A stretch of DNA of 63,180 bases, filler included. It is 5 parts of 5 records of this genome, joined end to end, with 100 filler letters (N's around TTAATTAATTAA, not from the genome) between each part and the next. Parts side by side here need not be neighbours in the genome. Positions count along the whole stretch, not along the records: positions 38,378 to 44,068 come from SRR2962707_2587; positions 44,169 to 56,086 come from SRR2962707_2588; 3 more parts are not named here. One strand, given 5' to 3'. A model generated the notes under the pieces. It ran no database searches. It was given only the letters and a program-made list of their open reading frames with translations, and was not told where the DNA came from. This document shows positions 41,900-51,717 of this stretch, piece after piece. Position numbers and translations under genes: made by a program. Position 1 is the stretch's first letter. Each line of letters opens with the position of its first letter.

Positions 41900-42660
41900 C
41901 TTCAGGACGACGCTCAGCTCGGTCTCTTTTGTGATGCAGCAGTGCGATCTGTTCTCGATGCAGGTGCGAGCAATACCTGTTCATAAATACCTGCTCAATG
42001 CCTGTTGCACGTGTGCAGTGCGCGCTATTTGGCAACCATGGCTCTCGGTGATAGTAAAAGGTGATCAGCGTGGCTTTGTTTCGCAATTGGCCGATCTTTC
42101 TGTTGATGACAGTGTCCAACCAACAATCAATGAACTCCGACTCTCCAATTGCCACAACTCCTGAGCCAGGTGTTAATCCTGCGCGAGACGTTGTTGCAGA
42201 TGCTTTGAACATCTCCGTTGACACCTCAACGGCTTCGCCAAATGACACCTCAGCCTCAACACTTGCACCTGGATTTCCCAAACGGGGGTCACCGCGGTGG
42301 ATGTCACTTCTTGCGGACGTGCGAACCGCCTGTGTATCAGTGAGCTGCGTCGCTGCAGTTGAATCTTGTTCTGTAACATTCGGCGGTGTGCCAACTAGGA
42401 ATTGACCGTTGTGCGATTCTTCGCTGCACCAACGCATCGTGAGCCCTATTTGGTTACTAACTTTATTTATTTTTATTTGCAATGACCCGAAAATGGCGCA
42501 TGTTGCCACGAGACGAACTTTTGCTCCGCTGCTCCTCCATAAATACAGGGGACGATGAATTCATACACGTCCACGTTTGCTGTCACACACTGCCAACTGT
42601 TGTGGTTTTCTAGCATCTCGACCATATCAACGCTGTGGCGAATGATCACTTGCAAATTTT

Positions 42661-43770
42661 CTACTTGATTTTGGTGACACGATTCTTGTTGACCTCTACA
42701 CGCTCATTCAGACGGTCCATATCTCCGGTGAGGTTTTCGATGATGCGCGTCTGGTCGTCCACTTCCGAACCCATCGTTCTTGCAATGCCATCCACGTTGT
42801 CCAGTTTATCAAGAATGGTGTCGAGCATCGCATCTTGTTTCGCGTTGCCAAAACCGACCCCTTTACGATTGACTGTTTTTCCAGACCCAACGTCATTTGG
42901 ACCGCGTGCTGCCTGTTCGGCAAGTCGGATTTGACGCTCAATTGACCCGATCCACGTTCTGTAGTCACTCGTGGCCTCGACGTGAATTGTGTCGCCAGTG
43001 GGCCTTCCGGCACGAATTATTTCGAAGCAGTTGTCCTTGTCCACGGCTACACCGTTAGAGTCGGTTTCTCCATAGCTTAGACGGACAAGCTGTGCGCCTT
43101 TCAGATCGATGGTCTTAATTTTGGAGGGAGGATCGTTCTTTTTGGGAGTGTACCTGCAGCAGCAGGAAAAGGGCCAACAACACAAGCGCAGCACAAAAAA
43201 ACAAACAGCACCACCGCGTGATGTGCCAAAAAACCAAACAGGCGCAAGTACAGTGAAGTATCAGGCACATGCACGAATGCCCACGCACTCGATCTTGCTC
43301 CCATCCTGCTTGAAGTACCGAGTCTGCCAAGCTTTCATTGTGCGTCCTCGCTTCAGAACCAAGCCCTCCATGTTGAACCCAGCTGCAACTCCGTCGCCAA
43401 AGTCGTCTGTTATGGCGCTCCGGTTGCCAGAGTGTTTGGTGATGCGGGTGCCCTTGAGCGCCCAAGGGCTCTCCATCTCCGAAATCACGCGGTCTGCGTC
43501 GTTCAACGAGTTATCCATTCTGTCCACGTTGTTTTTGATGTTCGCCAGCATCTCACGCTGGGCAGCCAGCATCGCTAGACCCTCCTCCCCCAGCTCCTCA
43601 GTCTCGATTAAATTGCGCACCGCGTCGCCCAGAAAGTCGTCGGTAGTTCGATCATCGTCCTGTTCTTGCACAGAGGCCGACCCGTAGCCACCGCCAGCAG
43701 ACGCGCTGCCTGCCCCGTAGTTGTCGTCGTACTCGTCCTCCTCCACGTACCCCCAGGCGTCTTCCTCCAT
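42661..43770 (-). CDS. SNAP-25-like Qbc-SNARE with a PH domain between the two SNARE helices; two exons (43770-43289, 43153-42661), 324 aa
   Basis: Qb helix (LAAQREML..I...VDRMDNSL..ADRVISEM), PH motifs (EGLVLKRGRTMKAWQTRYF...WIGSI), Qc helix (MGSEVDDQTRIIENL..DMDR); intron GTGCGT...TGCAG 43288-43154 joins GA+G = Glu in frame. Confidence 0.85.
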
Positions 43771-44048
43771 CCCTGCTCGACCGACCGATCTGTTTCTGCT
43801 TTCGTTGTCTCGACGACGATTGTGTGAGGCTTGCCGCGTTTCGGTTGCTTTCGAAAAGGTGCTCGCGGAGGCAAAGAGAGAGAGAGGGAGAGAGAGAAAG
43901 AAACAGCGGAAAGGCCCAGCCAGTCGCGGTGCGCAAGCGAACACACACACGTAAGAAAGACCCAAAAAAAATGGCGAAAGCTCGTGATTCGAAGCATTTG
44001 GGTAGGGACGCCGGCTGTGAAAAAGACCACAGAGCGTTGCGCTCACTC

Positions 44049-44066
44049 ACTCTCTCTCTCTCTCTC
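44049..44066 (+). repeat. (CT)n microsatellite at contig end; a GA-rich tract also lies near 43875-43897
   Basis: Direct observation. Confidence 0.85.
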
Positions 44067-44068
44067 GC

Positions 44069-44168
44069 NNNNNNNNNNNNNNNNNNNNNNNNNNNNNNNN
44101 NNNNNNNNNNNNTTAATTAATTAANNNNNNNNNNNNNNNNNNNNNNNNNNNNNNNNNNNNNNNNNNNN
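44069..44168. other. Artificial contig linker
   Basis: N-run with TTAATTAATTAA core. Confidence 0.98.
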
Positions 44169-44225
44169 ACTCGGCTATGGTTAATGCATCAATAAAAAAT
44201 TAAAAACGAGTTAATCTACAGGCTC

Positions 44226-44574
44226 GTTATGTGCCACTAGATAAATGAAATACCTGTTAATATTTTTAGCCAATTTTATAGCCTTAAGCGCATCGGTGAT
44301 GGGGCTGTTGTCAATTTGTATGTGGGGTTGTACTAATACCGGTGTGCAGTTGACGTTTAAAATATCCAGTGGCTTACTATTCACAAGCCAGATTCTTATT
44401 GCTGTATTGTGGTTTACTAGCAAAAAGAGAGTTGGAAGAAATACAGATGGTGAATAACCATTGCCCGGCACATAACAAGCCAATGTTGTACAGCCAGCTT
44501 GCTGGCTTGGGAAAATTAATCGCTGGTACTTAGTGCCAAAACACTCACAATTTCCCTAAATTGTAGAGTTATAC
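44226..44574 (+). mobile_element. Integron-type gene cassette 1 with attC-like site (44470-44574)
   Basis: GTTATGTGCC (44226-44235) is the exact reverse complement of GGCACATAAC (44467-44476); the site continues CAATGTTG...TAAATTG-TAGA-GTTATAC. Confidence 0.7.
44245..44457 (+). CDS. Small two-TM hypothetical protein (cassette gene)
   Basis: 70-aa ORF filling the cassette, two hydrophobic helices. Confidence 0.55.
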   Translation: MKYLLIFLANFIALSASVMGLLSICMWGCTNTGVQLTFKISSGLLFTSQILIAVLWFTSKKRVGRNTDGE

Positions 44575-44619
44575 CTACTTGCAAGTTCGGCTGTATTATA
44601 GATACCACGGAGAGATCAA

Positions 44620-45114
44620 ATTAATAAACTCATCACAAGAGAACACAAACTATTATTGGTTCTACTTATATCAATGCTTTTTGCAGTTTTTATTGTTAAG
44701 TGGGCAAAGGAAGATAGCCCTATTTATAGGCCGTTAATTCAAGATATGCGCTTGGTTGACTCTGTTAAAATCGCGGACGTTCTAGACCAAGAACGTATTT
44801 ATTACTATGCCGATGTAAAAAATCATATGCTTTACGTCAACCAGGAACAATCCGAGCTAGCTCGAGTTTCACTTGCTAAAATTGGCATTGTCATTGAATA
44901 CCCTGAAATTACTAAGCACAAAGATCTGAATAAGGCTTACGACGAATTCATCAAACAAAAAAAAGTGGATGAAGAAACGGGAAAAATATGGCAAAGACCA
45001 TGGTTTGTTAGACTAATTAAGTTAGTTATTGGGGCGTTGGTACTTATTATTTTAATTCTTGCGGTAGTTCGTCCAGTACTCGCTTCAATAATTTATGACG
45101 AAGGCGAAAAGTAG
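44620..45114 (+). CDS. Miniature FliF-like membrane protein (cassette gene); start uncertain (ATT 44620 or TTG 44656)
   Basis: TM1, then YRPL..DSVKIADVL...I.Y...V......ARVSLA..G (FliF/YscJ RBM1-like), then WQRPWF..LIKLVIGALVLIILILAVVRPVL (FliF TM2-like); GGAGAG RBS before ATT. Confidence 0.65.
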   Translation: MNKLITREHKLLLVLLISMLFAVFIVKWAKEDSPIYRPLIQDMRLVDSVKIADVLDQERIYYYADVKNHMLYVNQEQSELARVSLAKIGIVIEYPEITKHKDLNKAYDEFIKQKKVDEETGKIWQRPWFVRLIKLVIGALVLIILILAVVRPVLASIIYDEGEK

Positions 45115-45207
45115 TAATTATAAGTCGCTGAAACAGAATAAAAACAGATGACCATCGCTTAGCGATTATAGCCAACCTTTTTTATCTGCTTAGCATAGGC
45201 GTTGAGA
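45115..45207 (+). mobile_element. Degenerate attC-like site closing cassette 2
   Basis: Follows the stop codon; GCTGAAACAG...CTGCTTAGC inverted arms, ending GGCGTTGAGA. Confidence 0.55.
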
Positions 45208-45435
45208 CAGTAGAATTACTTTTTTTAGGAATTGACTCTATACCTTGATTTTTACCTTGAATCCGCTGTTTACTGTTATCTAATAGAAAGCCATCGCTAT
45301 CCTAAAGCGGTACTGCTGCACTGCCTGAAGTTAGACGGTTGTTATAAAGACCGTTTAATGGAATCATACAATTAACTCGACTACGATTGAACAATATAAA
45401 TCAGCCTCATACGCTTTACGCACAAAGGATTTTCT

Positions 45436-45936
45436 ATGTTGAATGATATTATCGATTTTTGGTTTACTGAGCTTGAGCCTAAGCAGTGGTGGCAAAAAGA
45501 CGATGCGTTAGATCGTCTAATTAAAACACGTTTTTGTGAACAGCATGACCAAGCAATTGCGTCTGAGTTGTCTCATTGGCGCGAAACCTCAATGGGCAGC
45601 CTTGGTGAAATTATTTTATTGGATCAGTTTTCACGTAACATTTATCGTAATAAGCCAGAATCATTTGCATATGACTCTATGGCATTAGCGCTTGCACAAT
45701 GTGCCATAGCAAAAGGGTTTGATACAGAGTTGCCGTGTGATCAGCGAGTGTTTTTGTACATGCCGTTTATGCACAGTGAGTCAAAATTAATACATAATCA
45801 AGCGGTTAAATTGTTTAGCGCTGCTGGTATTAAAAGCAATATTGATTTTGAGTTTAAACATAAAGTAATAATTGATGAGTTTGGTCGTTACCCTCATCGT
45901 AATGACATTCTCGGCCGCGAATCTACAAAAGAATAA
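45436..45936 (+). CDS. DUF924 family protein with an apparent premature stop
   Basis: IIDFWF, LLDQFSRNIYR, FLYMPFMHSE, FGRYPHRNDILGREST; read-through gives IEFLKQPNSGF* ending at 45972. Confidence 0.88.
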   Translation: MLNDIIDFWFTELEPKQWWQKDDALDRLIKTRFCEQHDQAIASELSHWRETSMGSLGEIILLDQFSRNIYRNKPESFAYDSMALALAQCAIAKGFDTELPCDQRVFLYMPFMHSESKLIHNQAVKLFSAAGIKSNIDFEFKHKVIIDEFGRYPHRNDILGRESTKE

Positions 45937-46045
45937 ATAGAATTTCTTAAGCAACCTAACTCAGGCTTTTAGCGGTGCCAAAGCACAAAGTTAGACTGGC
46001 TACTTAAAAATAAACACCAAAGCAGTTATGCCTTTGAACGTTAAA

Positions 46046-47197
46046 TTATTTATTTGGCGTTATCAGCAGTAACTTTGCCTCTTTGCCATCGGTTAACACT
46101 GCGATATTACCCTCTGCTGTCACAAATACATCCCGTAGTCGTCCAGTAACCTCTGGGAATATATGAGTCTGGGTAAGTTCACCATTCGCTAAATTAACGC
46201 TGTAGAGTTTTTTGTCGACTAAAGTGGTGAGTAGCACATGCTTTTGCAGTACAGGAAAGGCAGATTGCTCAGAGCCATAATACGCCATGCCTGATGGGGC
46301 GATAGAGGGCGTCCAATCTACGGTGGGCTTTTTCATACCGTCATATTCCCTAAAGGGCGAAATGCGGGCTTGAGAATAATCATTACCATAAGTTATCACC
46401 GGCCAGCCGTAGTTAGTGCCAGCAGTTAAGTAATTTAGCTCATCACCGCCAGCTGGGCCGTGCTCGTGGCTGATTATTTGCTGTGTGTCGTAATCATACA
46501 CTAGGCCTTGGGTGTTACGGTGGCCTAATGAAAAAACAGCCTGAGCGGCACTGTTTTCGTGCTCACTAAATGGGTTATCGCGGGGCGCACTGCCATCTAA
46601 ATTAATGCGTAATACTTTACCTAGTTGGCTGGTAATGACTTGCGCTTGCTCTCGATAATCAAAGCCATCACCACTTGAAAATAATAAGGTGTTATCGGGT
46701 AATACTAAGGCGCGGCCAGCATAATGCTGTGGTGTGTCTTTATCTGTTGCCACTTGGTAAATAATTTTAGGCTGAGAAAAATCAGTGCCATCAAAGGCGG
46801 CTTTGGCAATTACGAGTCGGTTAGCGTCTAAGTTACCCTGCGCGTAGGTAAAAACAATTTCATTGGACTCATTGTAGTCAGGAGATAACACGATATCGAG
46901 TAGACCGCCTTGGCCGGCAACATATAATCCTTCAAGAGGTAGTTTAACTCTTGATAGCTGGTTGTTTTTTACTACTACTACATGGCCGTCACGCTCGGTG
47001 ATTAACCAGCTGCCATTAGGTAATTCAACCATACTCCAAGGAGAATTAAGCTCAGTAGCAAGGGGAGTTATGGTGTATTGTTTGGTAGGTAATGTTGAGC
47101 CAGCGTGTACTGAAAACGCAAAAGAACAAATAAGCGTAATACAACAGATAGATTGTTTACAGCTTAAGCCTTTGCTAATGTGGATAAAGCGTTTCAT
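46046..47197 (-). CDS. PQQ-dependent (aldose) sugar dehydrogenase, GSDH family
   Basis: PWSM, GQGGLLDI, GHRNTQG, EHGPAGGDELN, NYGWP, WTPSIAPSG, RLRDV. Confidence 0.92.
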   Translation of the reverse strand: MKRFIHISKGLSCKQSICCITLICSFAFSVHAGSTLPTKQYTITPLATELNSPWSMVELPNGSWLITERDGHVVVVKNNQLSRVKLPLEGLYVAGQGGLLDIVLSPDYNESNEIVFTYAQGNLDANRLVIAKAAFDGTDFSQPKIIYQVATDKDTPQHYAGRALVLPDNTLLFSSGDGFDYREQAQVITSQLGKVLRINLDGSAPRDNPFSEHENSAAQAVFSLGHRNTQGLVYDYDTQQIISHEHGPAGGDELNYLTAGTNYGWPVITYGNDYSQARISPFREYDGMKKPTVDWTPSIAPSGMAYYGSEQSAFPVLQKHVLLTTLVDKKLYSVNLANGELTQTHIFPEVTGRLRDVFVTAEGNIAVLTDGKEAKLLLITPNK

Positions 47198-47214
47198 TTT
47201 AAGTTGAGATAACC

Positions 47215-47670
47215 ATGCCATTTTTAACACGTTTGTTGCCTTCATTTTTAGCTTCCTGGTTACTTACATTCACACTTGCTAGCTTGTTTCATAGTCAATA
47301 TGTTGTCAATCAATTAGTTAATGTGGGTATAGAGATTAGCTTTAGTGATCGTGTTAATTTAACGCTTGATGATTGGCTCGGGTTACTACCTACCTATGGC
47401 GCCATAATTGCCGTAGCACTTGCGATCGCATTTTTAGTTACAGGACTACTGTATAGAAAACGCCCTAAGTATGGCATTCAACTATTTGTTATAGCTGGAG
47501 TAACGGCGTTTGCAGTTGCTTTAGTGGCCATTGAGTCAATTATGAATATCACGATTATTGCAGGTGCCAGAGGATGGGGGTTCTATACACAACTGATTGC
47601 TGGTGCAGTAGGTGGGTTTGTTTTCGCTATGTTAGCTAAAAACTATATTAGTAAAGATGGCCGCTGCTAA
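47215..47670 (+). CDS. Four-TM hypothetical membrane protein
   Basis: Hydrophobic ORF with IAGAR motif, divergent from the dehydrogenase. Confidence 0.7.
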   Translation: MPFLTRLLPSFLASWLLTFTLASLFHSQYVVNQLVNVGIEISFSDRVNLTLDDWLGLLPTYGAIIAVALAIAFLVTGLLYRKRPKYGIQLFVIAGVTAFAVALVAIESIMNITIIAGARGWGFYTQLIAGAVGGFVFAMLAKNYISKDGRC

Positions 47671-47726
47671 TTTTAATATGAATAAAACTCGCCGCGGTAT
47701 ATTTTTCTTTGGCGACTATCAATCAA

Positions 47727-47757
47727 AAAGCCGCTGTTGCTAATAAGCAGCGGCTTT
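47727..47757. terminator. Bidirectional terminator
   Basis: AAAGCCGCTG...CAGCGGCTTT between convergent genes. Confidence 0.7.
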
Positions 47758-47774
47758 GGATTTTAAGAGGCAAG

Positions 47775-48974
47775 CTAAAAAATCAAGCTAATTAATTTAT
47801 AGCTACTTAGGCCGAAAATAAGTAATAGCACAGGCAAGATCAACAGATTAACAATAATTGAGTTGGTGTAGTTGCCCATTACAGACTTTTGATTGACTAG
47901 CCATACAAGGTAGGTGGTCACAATCGGCAGTAATATGCCATTGGCGGCTTGAGCAAAGATGATCACGGCAACAGGGTCTAAGCCAAGTGAGGCAACCGCA
48001 GCCCCAAATACTAAAATAACAATAGCGACAAGTTTAAAACGGTTATTGTTCATATCATTAGACCAACCAAGCATGCCACATACGGCGTATGCACCAGCAA
48101 GAGGCGCTGTGATAGCGCTGGTTAACCCTGCGGCAAATAAGCCAATCGCAAAAAAGTAATGTGCAGCATTGCCTAGTAATGGCTCTAACTGCATCGCCAT
48201 ATTTGCTGCGCTGACTTTGCCGACCTCAGAGCCATAAAAAGCGACCGACGCAGTGGATAAAATTGCAAGTGTTATAACCCCGCCCAGTGTGATTGAGATA
48301 CTGGTATCTAAATTAGTGTGTTTGATGAGCTTACGCTGATCAATTTGTTTGTCGTGTTTTGCGGCGAGTATACCTGAGTGTAAAAATAAGTTGTAAGGCA
48401 CAATGGTGGTACCCACTAAGGCTAATACCGTAGTTATAGAGCCTTCAGGTATACTTGGTATAAAGCCCGCAAATACTTCAGCCATAGGAGGAGCGGCCAT
48501 AACTAAAGTAGAGATAAACACTAAACTCATCAACAACACTAAAAAGATAAGTGCGGTTTCTACCACTTTATGTTTGCCGCTATAAAGCAATAGGGCGCTG
48601 AAAATAGCGATTAAGGGTGTCCAAAGTTGTGCTTGCACTTGAGGAAAAATTTCAATTAATCCCATCGTGGCGCCGCTTAAATTTCCGGCTTCATAAGCTG
48701 CGCTACCAACGCCAATGGCACTGATCACTAGAAAGGCGGCGAGGGGTTTAAATAATGGGTGCTGTATATGTGTGCGCAGTGCTTGGGCAAGATCTTGGCC
48801 TGTTACCACACCAAGGCGGGCAGCCATTGATTGCAATAATATGGTCGCTATCACTGAAAATAGTAATGTCCAAATCAATGTAAAGCCAAAATTGGCACCC
48901 GCTATACTGGCCGTGGTTATAGTCCCTGGGCCAATAAAGGCAGCAGTAACAAGTAGACCTGGTCCTAATCGCAT
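47775..48974 (-). CDS. Nramp-related divalent metal transporter
   Basis: GPGLLVTAAFIGPGTITT, GTTIVPYNLFLH, about 11 TM segments. Confidence 0.88.
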   Translation of the reverse strand: MRLGPGLLVTAAFIGPGTITTASIAGANFGFTLIWTLLFSVIATILLQSMAARLGVVTGQDLAQALRTHIQHPLFKPLAAFLVISAIGVGSAAYEAGNLSGATMGLIEIFPQVQAQLWTPLIAIFSALLLYSGKHKVVETALIFLVLLMSLVFISTLVMAAPPMAEVFAGFIPSIPEGSITTVLALVGTTIVPYNLFLHSGILAAKHDKQIDQRKLIKHTNLDTSISITLGGVITLAILSTASVAFYGSEVGKVSAANMAMQLEPLLGNAAHYFFAIGLFAAGLTSAITAPLAGAYAVCGMLGWSNDMNNNRFKLVAIVILVFGAAVASLGLDPVAVIIFAQAANGILLPIVTTYLVWLVNQKSVMGNYTNSIIVNLLILPVLLLIFGLSSYKLISLIF

Positions 48975-49372
48975 AAATAACCTTAGAGTTTATTTGATGT
49001 TTGTAACTGTGTTTAGTTACTTGGCTTGATATCAAGTTATCAATAAGTTACAGCATACAAGTTAATTTAAATTGTTAAAAGTACAATAGAAGTTAAACAA
49101 TACTGCTCACTCAGTAAAGGTGACGTGAGCTTGTGCATAATTAAAAGATATTAGCTTTTTGTTTAATATGTACAGTTAGTCGCAGTGATATAACGAAAAA
49201 CAATAAGAATTTAGACTTCTGTATAATGGCGTGTGGTATTTATTATGGTACTTTACGTCAACTTTTTGATAGCACTTTGTTAACAGAAAAACTAAAAATA
49301 AAAATCAATATTGACTACAGCGGTGGCAGCAATCAAAAACACAAAATTCAAAATTAAAACAGGACCTAGCGT

Positions 49373-50809
49373 GTGAAAAACTTACTACGAGGCTTTAATC
49401 TATTTAGTCTAGTACTGTTACTCTTTTGCTCCCCAGCATGGGCAGCTGATGGACAGTTAAATTTAACGACTTCAACAGTTGGCATAATTTGCATTGCGAT
49501 ATTTGTTTTAGCGTATGCAGTGGTTATGCTTGAAGAGAAACTGCATTTACGAAAATCAAAACCGGTGTTGGTTGCAGCAGGGCTTATTTGGATTTTAATT
49601 GGTGCATATTATGTAAACAATGATATGCCAGACATTACCGAAGCTGCATTTAGGCATAACTTGCTCGAATTTGCCGAGCTCATGTTGTTTTTATTAGTGG
49701 CGATGACCTATATCAATGCATTAGAAGAGCGCAGAGTTTTTGATGCGCTGCGTTCTTGGATGATCCGCAAAGGCTTTAATTATAAAAATTTATTTTGGAT
49801 CACTGGCTTTTTAGCATTTTTTATCTCCCCAATTGCAGACAACTTAACAACTGCACTGTTAATGTGCGCAGTGGTAATGAAAGTAGCAGAAGGTGATAAA
49901 CCGTTTATTAATCTTAGCTGTATCAATATTGTCATTGCTGCCAATGCCGGCGGAGCATTTAGCCCATTCGGTGATATTACCACCTTGATGGTTTGGCAGG
50001 CTGGTTTAGTCCACTTTAATGAGTTTTTAGTCTTGTTTTTACCGTCATTAGTAAACTACCTCGTACCAGCGGCAATTATGAGCTTTTACGTAGCTGATAA
50101 ACAACCGACAGCGCAATACGAAGATGTAGAACTTAAACGCGGTGCAATCAGAATTTTAGTGTTGTTTTTATTGACCATAGGCACAGCAGTCGCCAGCCAT
50201 AGTTTTTTACACTTACCACCGGTACTTGGCATGATGATGGGCTTAGGCTATCTACAATTTTTTGGCTACTTTTTAAGAATGACGTTACCAGGATCACTCG
50301 CTCGGAAAAGAGCACATGCAGAGCAACTAGGTGACAATGACCGCTTAGCAAAGCTTGGCAGTGTGGTGCCTTTTGATGTGTTTAGTAAAGTTTCTCGTGC
50401 CGAGTGGGATACCTTATTGTTCTTCTACGGGATTGTGATGTGTGTAGGCGGCCTTGGCTTTTTAGGTTACTTAAACTTAATGTCTGAGATGCTGTACGGT
50501 AATTGGTCAGCTACAACGGCTAACATATTCTTAGGGGTTATTTCTGCGGTTATCGATAACATCCCGGTGATGTTTGCGGTGTTGTCAATGCAACCGGATA
50601 TGTCCCACGGGCAATGGTTATTGATCACTTTAACTGCTGGGGTTGGTGGGAGTTTATTGTCGATTGGCTCTGCGGCGGGTGTTGCGCTTATGGGGCAAGC
50701 GCGCGGATATTATACCTTCTTTGGCCATTTAAAGTGGATGCCAGTTATAGCCCTTGGTTATGGTGCAAGTATCATGTTGCACTTATGGTTAAACGCTGAT
50801 CTTTTCTAA
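49373..50809 (+). CDS. nhaD: Na+/H+ antiporter NhaD
   Basis: LRKSKPV, SPIADNLTTA, ANAGGAFSPFGDITT, IDNIP, GGSLLSIGSAAG. Confidence 0.93.
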   Translation: MKNLLRGFNLFSLVLLLFCSPAWAADGQLNLTTSTVGIICIAIFVLAYAVVMLEEKLHLRKSKPVLVAAGLIWILIGAYYVNNDMPDITEAAFRHNLLEFAELMLFLLVAMTYINALEERRVFDALRSWMIRKGFNYKNLFWITGFLAFFISPIADNLTTALLMCAVVMKVAEGDKPFINLSCINIVIAANAGGAFSPFGDITTLMVWQAGLVHFNEFLVLFLPSLVNYLVPAAIMSFYVADKQPTAQYEDVELKRGAIRILVLFLLTIGTAVASHSFLHLPPVLGMMMGLGYLQFFGYFLRMTLPGSLARKRAHAEQLGDNDRLAKLGSVVPFDVFSKVSRAEWDTLLFFYGIVMCVGGLGFLGYLNLMSEMLYGNWSATTANIFLGVISAVIDNIPVMFAVLSMQPDMSHGQWLLITLTAGVGGSLLSIGSAAGVALMGQARGYYTFFGHLKWMPVIALGYGASIMLHLWLNADLF

Positions 50810-50837
50810 AAACGACAGAACACAGAACAATATAACT

Positions 50838-50870
50838 AAAAGCGAACAAGTTGATACTTGTTCGCTTTTT
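50838..50870. terminator. Bidirectional terminator
   Basis: AAAAGCGAACAAGT-TGAT-ACTTGTTCGCTTTT. Confidence 0.8.
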
Positions 50871-50923
50871 CTTTATACAAATATAGTTAAATTCTTTGAG
50901 CCAATTTAAGTCAACAATATTAT

Positions 50924-51580
50924 TTAAATCACCTGAATAACTTGCTCTTGACTCAAACGTGATTTTGGCAGTTTAACGTTATAGTCTGTTTGTGCTTCGT
51001 GATAACCGATCACCAGTGCGACTTCACAAATATAGCCATCTAACTCATCCGCAAAAAGTTCACTAATTAGCTCGCTATCCACGCCTTCCATAGGTGTTGA
51101 GTCAATCCCTAAGCGCGCAACAGCATGCATAGTATTACCCAGTGCTGAATAGGTTTGTGCTTTGGTCCATGCTCCATTGTTACCAGCATCATCGGTATTT
51201 AAATCAACAAATGCGTATGCGCCAAATGCTTGCTCACGATTTTCTGCCGGCGTACGGCCATTTGAGATATCAGCATCAATCACTTTTGCATAATCATCTC
51301 GGCTATATTTTGGGTTGTAAGCAAACAAAATAATATGCGATGCCGTTTTAATATGGGCCTGATTAAATTGAAACTTGTTAGCAAAAGTATCATGCATACG
51401 CTGTTTGGCTTGATCAGACTCAATAACAATAAATTTCCACGGCTGCGAGTTAATTGACGACGCAGATAAACGCATTGCTTGATAGATAACAGCTAAATCT
51501 TCTGCTGATACACGTTTTGTTGCATCGTATTTTTTGGTTGTGTAGCGTTTTTCTAAATCACTAATAATTGGATGTGTCAT
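50924..51580 (-). CDS. NfsB-like NAD(P)H nitroreductase / flavin reductase
   Basis: RYTTKKYD, SASSINSQPWKF, DSTPMEG, PKSR. Confidence 0.92.
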   Translation of the reverse strand: MTHPIISDLEKRYTTKKYDATKRVSAEDLAVIYQAMRLSASSINSQPWKFIVIESDQAKQRMHDTFANKFQFNQAHIKTASHIILFAYNPKYSRDDYAKVIDADISNGRTPAENREQAFGAYAFVDLNTDDAGNNGAWTKAQTYSALGNTMHAVARLGIDSTPMEGVDSELISELFADELDGYICEVALVIGYHEAQTDYNVKLPKSRLSQEQVIQVI

Positions 51581-51717
51581 GTTTGCTCCAGATAGCGTGG
51601 TCTTGACATAAGCATCTTGTGTTTACAAGAGAGCCTTTAATGCAGCGATATTAAACCTTGCTTTGCTTTTGATAAACCGCATAATCATTGAATCATTATC
51701 AAATAAAAATAGATAAT

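Noticed and set aside
41871-42509. 212-aa minus-strand ORF and other overlapping ORFs at the 3' end of the EF-hand gene
   Set aside because: No motifs; they could be further exons, UTR or noise and cannot be resolved without transcripts.
45934-45936. Stop-codon reassignment (TAA read as sense) in contig 4
   Set aside because: Isolated case; other genes on this contig end normally at TAA.
48975-49372. Riboswitch between the Nramp gene and nhaD (hairpin near 49105-49130)
   Set aside because: Only one modest hairpin and no consensus I can recognise; an Rfam scan would be needed.
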